Under the pieces are notes generated by a model. That model did no database searches. It was given only the letters and a program-made list of their open reading frames with translations, and was not told the DNA's origin. Positions 1-10,615 of a DNA stretch of 32,000 nt are shown here, in pieces (the first letter of the stretch is position 1; every line of letters starts with the position of its first letter). The position numbers and the translations under genes are program-made. The DNA is from Acaryochloris marina S15. GTDB taxonomy: Bacteria > Cyanobacteriota > Cyanobacteriia > Thermosynechococcales > Thermosynechococcaceae. Location of the stretch: NCBI RefSeq assembly GCF_018336915.1, contig NZ_CP064923.1:4350001-4382000 (forward strand), read 5' to 3'.

Positions 1-252
1 TTTGGGCGATACCGTCACATGGCCTGCTGCATTAACGGAAAAATAGGGTTCTCCCCACCCCCGAATCCGGTAGAGTTTTTCGCTTTCCTCAATCGACCAA
101 GCAACCGCTGAGTCTGCTTCAAGGCTATCTTCTGGAGGCGATAGATGTTCTGGACGCATCGATGCTGTTGGCGGACTACTATTACTCAACTCTGCCGCTA
201 GGGTTTGAGGAATTTTGGTAGCCTTATCTTCACGGTTTCGACCGTTTTCCAT
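1..252 (-). CDS. speA: Biosynthetic arginine decarboxylase, N-terminal fragment (continues past left edge)
   Basis: Hand translation of the minus strand from the ATG at 252..250 gives MENGRNREDKATKIPQTLAAELSNSSPPTASMRPEHLSPPEDSLEADSAVAWSIEESEKLYRIRGWGEPYFSVNAAGHVTVSPK, open through position 1. The LYRIRGWGEPYF-x-x-N-x-x-GHV-x-V-x-P block is the conserved SpeA N-terminus. It is missing from the ORF track because there is no stop in the window. Confidence 0.8.
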   Translation of the reverse strand, partial: MENGRNREDKATKIPQTLAAELSNSSPPTASMRPEHLSPPEDSLEADSAVAWSIEESEKLYRIRGWGEPYFSVNAAGHVTVSPK

Positions 253-289
253 GCTGTTTGCCTATGCGCGACCCGACACTTCAGACATC

Positions 290-529
290 TTAGCTGAGTT
301 TCAGGGCGCAGGCGGGAACATCATCCCAGGACTCCACGGTTCTCAAACGGGCCACCCATCCTGCTTGCTTTTGATACTCCGTCAAATTGTCTTGAAAAGA
401 AGTGTGGCAGTCTTGGGCATGTTGGGCATCACAACAGGCAATACAGGCATACATTAACCCAGCCGGATCGAGCTGTTCATTTACCCAAATCGTCTTTGAT
501 TGGCTCATATCGTCCGCCGTCAAATCCAT
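290..529 (-). CDS. Hypothetical small Cys-rich protein (79 aa; alternative start at Met8, position 508)
   Basis: ORF lying between psaC and speA on the same strand. It contains a C-x2-CC-x8-CH cluster (YACIACCDAQHAQDCH). I do not recognise a family. Confidence 0.45.
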   Translation of the reverse strand: MDLTADDMSQSKTIWVNEQLDPAGLMYACIACCDAQHAQDCHTSFQDNLTEYQKQAGWVARLRTVESWDDVPACALKLS

Positions 530-542
530 AGCTAAAACACGA

Positions 543-568
543 AAAGAGGAAGCCGAGGCTCCCTCTTT
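543..568 (-). terminator. Rho-independent terminator downstream of psaC
   Basis: About 11 bp GC-containing stem (aaagaggaagcc / ggctccctcttt, one mismatch). On the minus strand it is followed by cttttcgtgtttt. It lies 55 nt after the psaC stop. Confidence 0.6.
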
Positions 569-623
569 TTAAAAATGCAACACAGCAAAATTGACTCAAG
601 ATTTACGATGAAAGCGAAAACGC

Positions 624-929
<306 letters not shown>

Positions 930-1076
930 TCAAAGACAACTGTATAGTCAAGGATCCTATAACGAGTTTAGTTTACAGCAGTGCATTTGCCACTTCGACA
1001 AAAATGAGAGGAAACTTCAAACAATGTTACTTAACGAAAGTCTCTCTAAGCCTTCTATCTAGACTCTTTGTATCCC

Positions 1077-1778
1077 TCAAGGCCGCCGAATAAACAGCTG
1101 TGTGAAGAAATATTCTTCGCCCTGACGCACTACACCTACTCCCGTATCGGTCACTTCGGCCCGAAGCATATTCCGCCGATGACCTGGGCTATCCAACCAT
1201 CCTTTAATGGCAATGGATACCGGATCCGGTGCATTATCATTCAGGGCCAAGTTTTCGGCTACTAAATTGAACGGCACCCCTGCATTTAATAATCGTTCCA
1301 AAGCCGTATTGCCCTGGGGGTCCGCATGACTAAAGAAGTTATGGTCCGCCATATTCCGGCTATGCTGACGGGCCACATGGGCGACGTTTGCATTCCACTG
1401 CAGGGGCTGTAAACCATAGGACTGGCGAATATCATTGACTTCTGCATAAATCAGTTGAGAGAAGTTCCCTTGGGCACCCACTATGGGATTAGGCCTTGAT
1501 TTCTGAGGCGGGATGGGGGCGGGGACTTCTAGTACGGGTTCAGGCCCAGGCCGGGGCACTGACTGCCGCCGTCGCGGCTGCCGACGGATCGTAGGGGCTT
1601 GGCGGGGCATTTTGCAGTCAAACGGGGTAGGAAACGGCAGCTTAATGGGCAGAGAGATACAGCCCATTAGCAACCAGGACAATGACTTCTTAAAAGCCGG
1701 CTGTAGGCGTTTTTTCTGGTCTTCAACCTCAAAAGGGTCAGACGCCGTCAGGGCCAGAGACAAGCTGGACTTAGCCAT
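1077..1778 (-). CDS. CAP/SCP (YkwD-like) domain protein with Pro/Arg-rich linker
   Basis: The C-terminal 130 aa match the CAP-domain pattern (LQWNANVAHVARQHSRNMADHNFFSHADPQG...AENLA...GWLDSPGHRRNML). The N-terminus carries a hydrophobic segment followed by PRRRQSVPRPGPEP. Confidence 0.85.
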   Translation of the reverse strand: MAKSSLSLALTASDPFEVEDQKKRLQPAFKKSLSWLLMGCISLPIKLPFPTPFDCKMPRQAPTIRRQPRRRQSVPRPGPEPVLEVPAPIPPQKSRPNPIVGAQGNFSQLIYAEVNDIRQSYGLQPLQWNANVAHVARQHSRNMADHNFFSHADPQGNTALERLLNAGVPFNLVAENLALNDNAPDPVSIAIKGWLDSPGHRRNMLRAEVTDTGVGVVRQGEEYFFTQLFIRRP

Positions 1779-1871
1779 AGGAGTGGGTCACACGCAACGG
1801 TGATGAGTTGGGGATTATTGTACCGAATAAACCCTGCACTCCACTGGCAGATTGCCAAACCTTATGCCCAC

Positions 1872-4800
1872 TTAAGCTGACGTCAACATTTTTTCCGGTG
1901 CACCTTCCCTCACTTCAGCTCGCTCTGCTTCTGAGGGGGGAACCACCTGCCAAAACTGTGGTAGATACTCGGACCAATGCTCCAAAAGGTCTTTGCCTTT
2001 GGGGCTGCCCGTATGGTCCACATGGGTTTGGATCAGAGCCTTTAACTGCTGGGCACCTGCCTCAGTATTGACTCGTTGAATTTGGACAATCTCTGGGTTG
2101 ACCTTGGTGGGGAAACTGCCGTCTTCATCCAAGAAGTAGGCCAGTCCACCGGTCATGCCCGCACCAACATTGCGACCTGTCTCACCGAGGACGACCACGA
2201 CACCACCCGTCATATATTCACAGCAATGATCACCCGATCCTTCAATCACCGCTTGGCCTTGAGAATTGCGTACAGCAAATCGCTCTCCAGCCTTACCGTT
2301 GGCATAGAGGGTGCCCCCTGTCGCGCCATAGAGGCAGGTATTGCCGATTATCACATTGTCAGCAGCGGCATAGGTGGCTGCCGGTGAGGGTTTAATGGTT
2401 ATTTCTCCCCCGTGCATCCCTTTCCCCACAAAGTCATTGGCTTCTCCCACTAAGTTGAGGGTCATATTGGGTAAGGTGAAGGCCCCAAAGCTCTGGCCCG
2501 CACTGCCTTCAAAGGTGAGATTCAGTTGGCCGGTGAATCCCGTATTGCCGTATTGTTTTGCGATCGCACCTGCAATCCGTGCCCCCACACTCCGATCCGT
2601 ATTCACAACTCCCACGGTTTTAGCCACAGCCGTTTGATTTCGGAGCGCTTGCTGAATCTCAGGGCTCTGCAATAGCTCGTCATCCAGAACGGGACCATTG
2701 GTATGAACAGGTCCATGATCCAGCCAACTGCGGTCTGTGCGGGTATCAGGAAGCTGGGTCAGGCAATCTAAATTTAGCTGAGCCGTTTTTGTCAGCTGAG
2801 CGTCTTCCCGCACCTGCAATAAATCGGCTCGACCAATCAGTTCATTCAGAGAGTGATACCCCAAATGAGCCAATAGTGTTCGCACTTCTTCCGCAATAAA
2901 GTAGAAAAAGTTAACTACATTCTCTGGAAGCCCTGTGAAGCGCTGGCGCAGTTTTTCTTGCTGAGTAGCCACCCCCACCGGGCAGTTATTGGTATGGCAG
3001 ATGCGGGCCATAATACAGCCCTCGGCAATCATGGCAATGGAACCAAAGCCATATTCCTCTGCTCCCATCAAGGCCGCCATCAGCACGTCCCATCCGGTTT
3101 TGAGGCCCCCATCGGCTCGGAGGATAACGCGATCGCGCAGTTGGTTCACCATCAAGGCCCGATGCACTTCTGTTAGCCCCAGTTCCCAGGGACTGCCCGC
3201 ATGTTTAATCGAACTTAAAGGAGAGGCTCCAGTACCCCCATCATGGCCGGAGATTTGGATGACATCCGCATTGGCTTTAGCCACTCCAGCGGCAATCGTA
3301 CCAATGCCAATTTCTGCCACTAGTTTGACAGAGACTTTGGCTTGGGGATTAATCTGATGTAGATCAAAAATCAGCTGGGCCAGATCTTCAATGGAGTAAA
3401 TATCGTGGTGAGGTGGGGGCGAAATCAGCGTTACCCCCGGCTTGGAGCGGCGCAGCATGGCAATATAGGGACTGACTTTTTTCCCTGGGAGCTGTCCCCC
3501 TTCACCCGGTTTTGCCCCTTGGGCCAGCTTAATTTCAATTTGCTGGGCGTTCATGAGATATTCCGGGGTGACCCCGAACCGCCCCGATGCCACCTGTTTA
3601 ATCCCGGAGCTGGCCGTATCGCCATTGCGCAGCCCCTGTAAGTGGGGCAGCACGGCTGACTTGCCCTTGGCATCCACATCGGAGAGCACCTTAAACCGCA
3701 CCGTATCCTCGCCGCCTTCACCGGAATTAGACTTGGCTCCCATGCGGTTCATGGCAATGGCCAAGACTTCATGGGCCTCGCGGGACAAGGCTCCTAAGGA
3801 CATACCGCCTGTGCAAAAACGTTTGACGATATCTTCTACAGACTCCACTTCGGTTAGGGGTATTGCGGTGCGATCGCTCTTAAAATCCAATAAATCTCGT
3901 AGGGCCGTCACAGGTCGACTAAGCAACTGCTGCTTGTAGACCTGGTAATGGTCATAGTCCTTATCGGCCACTGCTTTATGCAGGGCTTTTGACATATCCG
4001 GGTTGTTCATGTGGTATTCACCCCCGGGACGGAACTGGATAAAGCCAAAGTTTTCTAGCTTTTTCATATCCAGCTCGGGGAAGGCTTTTTGGTGGAAAGC
4101 CATCGTTTCCTGAGCCAGTTCAGCAATGGTCAGTCCCCCCACCCGAGAGGTGGTGCCAGCAAATCCTAGCTCTAGCAACTCCGGTCCAATGCCAATCCCT
4201 TCAAAAATCTGAGCGCCTTGATAGCTAGAAATTAGGGAAATCCCCATCTTGGAAAGAATCTTCAGTAAGCCCGCTTCCACGGCTTTACGGTAGTTACTTT
4301 GGGCACCACCAATGGTCATGGCCGGAATTTTACCCCGAGCCATTAGCTTTTGAGTCCGCTCATCTGACCACCAGTGACGGACAGATTCGAAAGTTAAATA
4401 GGGACAAATGGCTGCCGCACCAAATCCGATGAGACAAGCAAAATGATGGGTACTCCAGCATTGAGCCGTTTCCACGACAAGGGAAGCTTGCAGGCGAATC
4501 TCTTGCTTGACTAAATGCTGATGGATCGCCCCCACGGCTAGCAAGGGTGGGATATAGCTATAGTCAGCATTCAGCCAGGTGGCCTCCCCAGTGGGCGTAT
4601 GGCGATCGCTAATCACTAGAATTTGCTGTCCTGCCTGAACGGCAGCGGTGGCCTGCTCACACAGAGACTGCACGGCGGTGGCTAAGCCTTCCGGACCATG
4701 GCTGAGGGGGAATAAGGTGGAGAGGGTTTGCACCCCAAAGTCAGAGGCCCGAATCTCACTCAATTCCGTTTCGTTAATCACCGGAGAATTGAGCTTAATC

Positions 4801-6503
4801 AGACGGGCGGCTTCTGGATCATGGTCGAGCAAATTGCGGCGACGACCCAGGAGGGTCACCAAGGACATGACTAGCTTTTCCCGTAGGGGGTCAATGGCGG
4901 GGTTGGTGACTTGGGCAAATCGTTGCTTAAAGTAGTCGTAGAGCACGTGGGGGCGCGACGACAAAATCGATAGGGGAATATCATCTCCCATACAGAAGGT
5001 GGGTTCCTTGCCATCCTTGGCCATGGCCTGCACCACCATTTCCACGTCTTCTAGGGAAAAGCCATAGGCCACCTGCTGCTGAAAACAGGTTTGGAGTTCG
5101 GCCTGGGGCGCTTCGGGAAAAGGTTGTTCCGTGAGGGGTTGGCGATGGGATCGCAACCAGTCTCCATAGGGATGTTCGGCGGCGACTTGGGCTTTAATCT
5201 CCCAGTTGGTCTGCACTTGGTGGGTCGTTAAATCCACCGCAATCATATGGCCCGGACCTAAGCGCCCCTTGGTAACAATCTCTGCCTCGGAAATGGGTAT
5301 CGCTCCGGCTTCTGAGGAGACATACACGGTGCCATCCTGAGTAGTGCAGTAGCGAGCCGGTCGCAGTCCATTCCGATCTAAGGCCGCTCCCACAACTTTG
5401 CCGTCGCTAAAAGCCAACAAAGCTGGACCATCCCAGGCTTCCTGGAGACCACTGTAGTATTCATAAAAATCGACGATTTCCGGGTGATCCGCTAGGGCAG
5501 GCTGATTACGATAGGCTTCCGGCACCAACATCATCAGCGCTTCTTGGGGACTGCGCCCGGACTGCACTAGCAGCTCTAGCGTCTTGTCCAAATTGGCTGA
5601 ATCGCTGGCGTTCGGATTCACCAGGGGGCGCAGCTCGTCAAACTGGTCTTGCCAATGGGGATGGCTCAGGGCTGATTGGCGGGCCGCCATCCATTTGACG
5701 TTGCCGAGCAAGGTATTGATTTCCCCGTTATGGCCCAAAAAGCGCATGGGCTGGGCAAGGGGCCACTTGGGTAAGGTATTGGTACTAAATCGACGATGGT
5801 ATATAGCAAAGGAACTGATATAGTCCGGGTTCTGCAAATCCCCATAGAAGGTCCCCAGGATTTCTGACCGCACCATGCCTTTATAAATAATGGTGCGATG
5901 GGACAAAGAACAGAAGTAAAACTCTTGCGCCCATTCTGCCTGGGTTTCAGATACCGCTTTCTCGATCTGCTTGCGCACTAAATAGAGCTGGCGTTCCAGT
6001 TCATCACCCCGTAGATGGGGCGAGACCAGAAACACCTGCTCAATATCGGGCTGATTGGCGCGGGCTTGTTCGCCTAGAAGGTCAGGCTTAATGGGTACGG
6101 GTCGCCATCCTAGGACTTGGAATTGGGCTGCGATCGCAACCTCTTCCACCCTCTGTTTACATTGAGCCAATGCCCCTGCATCGGCGGGCAAAAACACCAT
6201 CCCCACTCCCACCTGTTCTGTATCCGGTAGAGTTTGACCTTGAGTAGACCACCATTGTTGAAAGAGCTGCCAGGGAATTGCCGTCAGAATTCCGGCCCCA
6301 TCCCCAGAGTCTCGGTCGGCGCTACATCCTCCTCGATGCTCTAGGCAGGTCAACCCAGTTAACGCTTGCTGAATCAAATCATGATTGGCTTGGGGACGGG
6401 CAATAAACCCAACTCCACAGGCATCCCTTTCTTCCACGAGCCAAGGCTGTCCAGGAAAAATAGAAGCGGAGGAGGACTTAAGCACATTCAAAGTATCAGT
6501 CAT
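1872..6503 (-). CDS. glsF: Glutamate synthase large chain, probably ferredoxin-dependent (Fd-GOGAT; GlsF/GltS/GltB-type)
   Basis: 1543 aa counted from the internal Met (MTDTLNVLK...[15 protein letters not shown]). It has the Ntn amidotransferase Cys1 after a short propeptide, an FMN/3Fe-4S central region and a C-terminal GXGXG beta-helix ([22 protein letters not shown]). No gltD small subunit is adjacent, which favours the Fd type. The track ORF (to 6692) adds 63 non-protein-like codons. Confidence 0.96.
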   Translation of the reverse strand: MTDTLNVLKSSSASIFPGQPWLVEERDACGVGFIARPQANHDLIQQALTGLTCLEHRGGCSADRDSGDGAGILTAIPWQLFQQWWSTQGQTLPDTEQVGVGMVFLPADAGALAQCKQRVEEVAIAAQFQVLGWRPVPIKPDLLGEQARANQPDIEQVFLVSPHLRGDELERQLYLVRKQIEKAVSETQAEWAQEFYFCSLSHRTIIYKGMVRSEILGTFYGDLQNPDYISSFAIYHRRFSTNTLPKWPLAQPMRFLGHNGEINTLLGNVKWMAARQSALSHPHWQDQFDELRPLVNPNASDSANLDKTLELLVQSGRSPQEALMMLVPEAYRNQPALADHPEIVDFYEYYSGLQEAWDGPALLAFSDGKVVGAALDRNGLRPARYCTTQDGTVYVSSEAGAIPISEAEIVTKGRLGPGHMIAVDLTTHQVQTNWEIKAQVAAEHPYGDWLRSHRQPLTEQPFPEAPQAELQTCFQQQVAYGFSLEDVEMVVQAMAKDGKEPTFCMGDDIPLSILSSRPHVLYDYFKQRFAQVTNPAIDPLREKLVMSLVTLLGRRRNLLDHDPEAARLIKLNSPVINETELSEIRASDFGVQTLSTLFPLSHGPEGLATAVQSLCEQATAAVQAGQQILVISDRHTPTGEATWLNADYSYIPPLLAVGAIHQHLVKQEIRLQASLVVETAQCWSTHHFACLIGFGAAAICPYLTFESVRHWWSDERTQKLMARGKIPAMTIGGAQSNYRKAVEAGLLKILSKMGISLISSYQGAQIFEGIGIGPELLELGFAGTTSRVGGLTIAELAQETMAFHQKAFPELDMKKLENFGFIQFRPGGEYHMNNPDMSKALHKAVADKDYDHYQVYKQQLLSRPVTALRDLLDFKSDRTAIPLTEVESVEDIVKRFCTGGMSLGALSREAHEVLAIAMNRMGAKSNSGEGGEDTVRFKVLSDVDAKGKSAVLPHLQGLRNGDTASSGIKQVASGRFGVTPEYLMNAQQIEIKLAQGAKPGEGGQLPGKKVSPYIAMLRRSKPGVTLISPPPHHDIYSIEDLAQLIFDLHQINPQAKVSVKLVAEIGIGTIAAGVAKANADVIQISGHDGGTGASPLSSIKHAGSPWELGLTEVHRALMVNQLRDRVILRADGGLKTGWDVLMAALMGAEEYGFGSIAMIAEGCIMARICHTNNCPVGVATQQEKLRQRFTGLPENVVNFFYFIAEEVRTLLAHLGYHSLNELIGRADLLQVREDAQLTKTAQLNLDCLTQLPDTRTDRSWLDHGPVHTNGPVLDDELLQSPEIQQALRNQTAVAKTVGVVNTDRSVGARIAGAIAKQYGNTGFTGQLNLTFEGSAGQSFGAFTLPNMTLNLVGEANDFVGKGMHGGEITIKPSPAATYAAADNVIIGNTCLYGATGGTLYANGKAGERFAVRNSQGQAVIEGSGDHCCEYMTGGVVVVLGETGRNVGAGMTGGLAYFLDEDGSFPTKVNPEIVQIQRVNTEAGAQQLKALIQTHVDHTGSPKGKDLLEHWSEYLPQFWQVVPPSEAERAEVREGAPEKMLTSA

Positions 6504-7108
6504 GATCGGGTTCAATAAATAAGGAGGGAAAATATAGCTGTACTTCCGTAAGTTGCAGCCCAAAAAGGTGTTCAGCAGATTGCCTTCAATCCCAGTAGTA
6601 CATAAGCAACTGGGTAAAAAATGTATCTTGTGTAACCAACAGATAAGAGGCACCACATAGAAGTATCGGATAACACCCATACCTTTAGGCACTCAAGACC
6701 ATCTCACTACTGTCGATACGGAGTGTGAGACTTGAAATCTAAAGTTGTATATCTGAAGGAATTAGATCTTAACGCAAAACTAGACCTAGCTATTGTTCCC
6801 ACTCCGCAACCATTCAGTGAGAGCATCCCGCTTCTTCTCACTCAACAAAGTGACCCCATAGAACCTGAATAGCGTCCAGGCAAATCCTTGATGAGTGAGA
6901 AGAAGAAGAAATGGAATAGACCCTCAAAATCATCAAGATCAATAGCTATTAGCATTCTTGCTGAATAAGCTAGAGTTTCATAGATAATTTCTCCAGAAAT
7001 TTTTGGTTAAATGGCTTCTAAATTGGGAATTCTTTGATTTAAGTATGTCTGCAATACATCATTTTCTTGATAGCAGGAGAAAATTAACTCAATATTGCGA
7101 ATAAGCCT

Positions 7109-10100
7109 GTGACGATTCAATTACAACAGTCGATAGCTTGGCAACAAGCCATTCTCGATAGTGCTGACTTCATTATTATTGCGACCGATCCTGCAGGGAT
7201 TATTCAAACTTTCAATGCAGTGGCTCTGCGCACCCTTGGCTATCAGCCTGAAGAGATCATCGGCAAAGTGACTCCCGCGCTCATCCATGACCCTCAAGAA
7301 ATTGAACAACAAGCTCAACAGCTCTCCCAGGAACTCGGATATACCCTTGAACCAGGGTTTGAAGTCTTTGTGGCCAAAGCTCGATTGGGCATTGCTGACG
7401 AAAACATCTGGACGTATATCCGTAAAGATCAGAGCCGTTTTCCGGTTCGCTTATCTGTCACTGCGGTGCATGATGAGACTGGCAAATTGACTGGTTTTTT
7501 AGGGATTGGCAAAGATCTCAGCCAGCAACAAAAGATTGAACAGTCCTTAGTGGAGAGTGAAGCTCGATTTTTAGGCGCTTTTCAATATGCAGCCATTGGC
7601 ATGGCTTTGGTTTCGCCAACAGGGCATTGGCTCAGAGTAAATCCATCTGTTTGTAGCATTGTCGGCTATTCAGAATCAGAATTGCTGGCATTGACCTTTC
7701 AAGAAATCACCCACCCCGATGATTTGGCATCAGATCTGACCTATGTTGAGCAATTGCTAGCAGGTGAGATTGACACTTACCAGATGGAGAAGCGATATAT
7801 CCATAAACAAGGTCATGAAGTCTGGATTTTACTGAGCGTTTCTCTGGTGCGGGATAACGAGGGGCAACCCCTCTACTTTATTTCTCAAATCCAAAATATT
7901 AATCAACGCAAGCAGGCTAAAGCAGCCTTACAGCAATTAAATAAACAGTTAGAACAACTCGTCCATGAGCGGACGACCCAACTGGAACTGGCTTTTAATC
8001 AGCTGAAAGCATCCGAGGCAAACTACCAAGATCTATATGACAACGCCCCTGATATGTATGCATCTGTAGATGCTCAATCTCATCAGGTATTGCAATGCAA
8101 TAAGACGTTATGCCATGCCTTGGACTTGAATAAAGAAGACATTCTCAATGGATCTATATTTTCTCTGTACCACCCAGATTGCCACCCTGAAGCAGAGAAA
8201 GCATTTAATACTTTTGCTGAAACCGGAACAGTCCAAGATGCTCAATTACAGCTCAACCGCCAAGATGGCAGCAAGCTAGACGTTAGTCTCAATGTACGGG
8301 CCGTTCGAGATTCAGAGGGCAATATTCTCCATAGCCGTTCTAGTTGGCGAGATATTACTGAACGCAAACAATTAGCAGCCCAGTTGCGCCAGGTCAATAC
8401 TGAACTCGAGCAACGAGTAGAAGAGCGAACCAATGCATTATTGATCACGAATCAAAGATTAGAGCAGGAAATTCAGGAACGACAACGGGCAGAAGTTGAG
8501 CTCCGAACCATGAACGACCAGTTAGAAATCTTGGTTCAGCAACGGACTGCCGAGTTACAGAAATCTGCCGAACGAGAACAAGCCTTCTCTGGCATCATCC
8601 AACGTATGCGGCAAACTTTGGAATTACAAACCATTTTTGCCGATACAACCGAGGAATTAAGACGCGTTATTGCTTGCGATCGCACCTTGGTCTACCAATT
8701 TAAATCCGATTGGACTGGCACATTAGTCGCTGAATCCGTGAGTCAGGACAGCCCTTCAATTATCGCGCTAAAAGCCCAAAAGGCAGGATCACGAACGGTA
8801 GATATTACACCACCATCAGGGCTTAAACAGATCCTTGGCCAGAATTATCAATATGATGTTGCCTTGGGAAAACACAGTCAGAATGTAACCTGTCGAACCA
8901 TCACAGATATCAAAGAGGTTGGCTTTGATCCTTATACACTCAAAGTTTTAGAGCGGTTAAATATTCAAGCTTATCTGGTCGTTCCCATCGTCGATGGCTC
9001 TCATCTATGGGGACTGCTCATCGCCACTCAAAATACCGCGCCTTGCTTGTGGAGCCCATCCGCGATTCAAATCATGACGCAAGTCGGCACGCAGCTAGGG
9101 GTTGCCGTTCAGCAAGCAGAGTTATTAGCCCATTCTCAAAAACAGGCCAAGGCTCTAAAAAAAGCAAAAGAGGAAGCGGAAAGAGCCAGTCGGGCGAAGA
9201 GTAACTTTTTGAGCCACATGAGTCACGAACTGCGCACACCCTTGAATGCCATCCTGGGCTATGCCCAACTGATGCAACACTCTACCCTGTTATCTGCCCA
9301 ACATACCCAGTATGTCAAAACGATTAATCGCAGCGGAAAACACCTCCTCACCTTAATTAATGATGTGCTGGAGATGTCTAAAATCGAGGCCGGACAACTG
9401 TACCTCAATCAGTCAAGTTTTGATCTATATAACCTGCTCTCTGAATTAGAAGAGATGTTTAGTCTCAAAGCCTCTCTTAAGCAGCTTCAAGTTTCATTCC
9501 AAGGCCAATCCCTGGTGCCTCGATATATTCAGGCCGATCAAAATAAGCTGCGCCAGGTCTTGATTAACATTCTGGGTAATGCGATTAAATTTACTCAGCA
9601 AGGGCAGATCAATCTTTGCATCTCTGTAGCCAGAGAGTCGCTGTTTTTTACCATCACGGATACCGGACCCGGAATCGATGCGGCCAGTTTAGATAAACTA
9701 TTTCATGCTTTTGAGCAGGGCAATATTGGCTTGCAATCTAGAGAAGGAACTGGGCTAGGACTCAGTATTAGCCAAAAATTTGTCACCTTAATGGGTGGAC
9801 AACTCACGGTTACCAGTCAAGAAGGACAAGGCTCAACCTTTACCTTCCATATTCCTTTAACCATTGCTGATGAAACAGTGTTAGATCAGGACCATGACCA
9901 TACCTTTCAGACGGTCAATTTGGCTCCCAATCAACCGGATTTCCGCATATTAGTCGTTGATGATGAACAAACCAACCGCAAACCCTTGGCAGAATTGCTG
10001 AGTTTGATCGGTTTCTCAGTGCAAGAGGCGTCCAATGGTCAAGCTGCCATAACCATCTGGGAAACCTGGCAACCCCATTTAATTTGGATGGATATGCAGA

Positions 10101-10579
10101 TGCCAGAGATGGATGGCTGCCATGCCACGCGACTGATCAAAGCCACTCCACAAGGGCAAAACACGGTTGTTATCGCCTTGACCGCAAGTGTGTTTGAAGA
10201 GAACAAGCAAAAGATTCTAGAGGCAGGCTGTAATGATTTTGTCCGTAAGCCTTTTCGGCAAAATGAGGTTTTAGAAAAAATAACAAAATATCTCGGAGTG
10301 CAATATGTTCCAGTCGTTCACGACTCACATCCTGATGAACAGGGACAAGAGTTGCCGACTCGGTCCGAGCAGTTGAACATAGACCAACTCAGGGTAATGC
10401 CGACTGCATGGCTTGAGGAAGTCAGGCAGCGGGCCCACCAGGGCAATGATCTTCTCCTGCTGAAATTGATCCAGCAAATCCCACCTGAACATCAGACCAT
10501 AGCTGACGATTTGACCTGCTTGGTCGAGAATTACCAATTTGAGCAATTGGCACAATTAGCGAAGTTTCCCCAGCCCTAA
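7109..10579 (+). CDS. Hybrid sensor histidine kinase: 3x PAS, coiled coils, GAF, HisKA, HATPase_c, REC, C-terminal helical tail
   Basis: GTG start. PAS signatures are present (AILDSADFIIIATDPAGIIQTFN; YIHKQGHEVW). The GAF region reads VYQFKSDWTGTLVAESV...LWGLLIATQ. The H-box is SHMSHELRTPLNAILGY, with N/G boxes LGNAIKFT and GTGLGLSISQ. The REC region reads ILVVDDEQTNR...WMDMQMPEMDG...KP. Confidence 0.92.
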   Translation: MTIQLQQSIAWQQAILDSADFIIIATDPAGIIQTFNAVALRTLGYQPEEIIGKVTPALIHDPQEIEQQAQQLSQELGYTLEPGFEVFVAKARLGIADENIWTYIRKDQSRFPVRLSVTAVHDETGKLTGFLGIGKDLSQQQKIEQSLVESEARFLGAFQYAAIGMALVSPTGHWLRVNPSVCSIVGYSESELLALTFQEITHPDDLASDLTYVEQLLAGEIDTYQMEKRYIHKQGHEVWILLSVSLVRDNEGQPLYFISQIQNINQRKQAKAALQQLNKQLEQLVHERTTQLELAFNQLKASEANYQDLYDNAPDMYASVDAQSHQVLQCNKTLCHALDLNKEDILNGSIFSLYHPDCHPEAEKAFNTFAETGTVQDAQLQLNRQDGSKLDVSLNVRAVRDSEGNILHSRSSWRDITERKQLAAQLRQVNTELEQRVEERTNALLITNQRLEQEIQERQRAEVELRTMNDQLEILVQQRTAELQKSAEREQAFSGIIQRMRQTLELQTIFADTTEELRRVIACDRTLVYQFKSDWTGTLVAESVSQDSPSIIALKAQKAGSRTVDITPPSGLKQILGQNYQYDVALGKHSQNVTCRTITDIKEVGFDPYTLKVLERLNIQAYLVVPIVDGSHLWGLLIATQNTAPCLWSPSAIQIMTQVGTQLGVAVQQAELLAHSQKQAKALKKAKEEAERASRAKSNFLSHMSHELRTPLNAILGYAQLMQHSTLLSAQHTQYVKTINRSGKHLLTLINDVLEMSKIEAGQLYLNQSSFDLYNLLSELEEMFSLKASLKQLQVSFQGQSLVPRYIQADQNKLRQVLINILGNAIKFTQQGQINLCISVARESLFFTITDTGPGIDAASLDKLFHAFEQGNIGLQSREGTGLGLSISQKFVTLMGGQLTVTSQEGQGSTFTFHIPLTIADETVLDQDHDHTFQTVNLAPNQPDFRILVVDDEQTNRKPLAELLSLIGFSVQEASNGQAAITIWETWQPHLIWMDMQMPEMDGCHATRLIKATPQGQNTVVIALTASVFEENKQKILEAGCNDFVRKPFRQNEVLEKITKYLGVQYVPVVHDSHPDEQGQELPTRSEQLNIDQLRVMPTAWLEEVRQRAHQGNDLLLLKLIQQIPPEHQTIADDLTCLVENYQFEQLAQLAKFPQP

Positions 10580-10615
10580 ATCCATTCACCCGTTCCACAT
10601 ACAAAAGGCACACCC

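Noticed and set aside
2076-5823. Multiple 70-128 aa plus-strand ORFs inside glsF (for example 2989..3357 and 3553..3939)
   Set aside because: These are antisense shadow ORFs within a strongly homologous 4.6 kb gene. Their Arg/Ser/Pro-rich low-complexity translations are typical of the reverse frame.
6623-6636. NtcA-like site GTATCTTGTGTAAC (GTA-N8-AAC) upstream of glsF
   Set aside because: Only one half-site is consensus, and I could not find a properly spaced TAN3T -10 box on the glsF strand (the candidates TACTAC and TATGTA are mis-spaced). This is likely chance.
6504-6692. 63-codon N-terminal extension of the glutamate synthase ORF (track start 6692, [14 protein letters not shown]...)
   Set aside because: The extension is Cys/Leu/Phe-rich and not protein-like. 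The conserved Ntn propeptide and Cys1 ([11 protein letters not shown]) follow shortly after the internal Met at 6503, giving the normal ~1540-aa length.
6816-6842. Hairpin agtgaga-N13-tctcact, recurring AGTGAGA words, and a 25-codon basic ORF (MSEKKKKWNRPSK..., ATG at 6891) in the 600-nt glsF/kinase divergent spacer
   Set aside because: The stem is short (7 bp) with a large loop. The word recurrence is weak, and the mini-ORF has no SD or other support.
10100-10579. C-terminal tail of the hybrid kinase as an HPt domain (RAHQGND)
   Set aside because: The His context does not match the HxxKG HPt signature, and the segment is short (~65 aa). I treat it as an uncharacterised helical tail.
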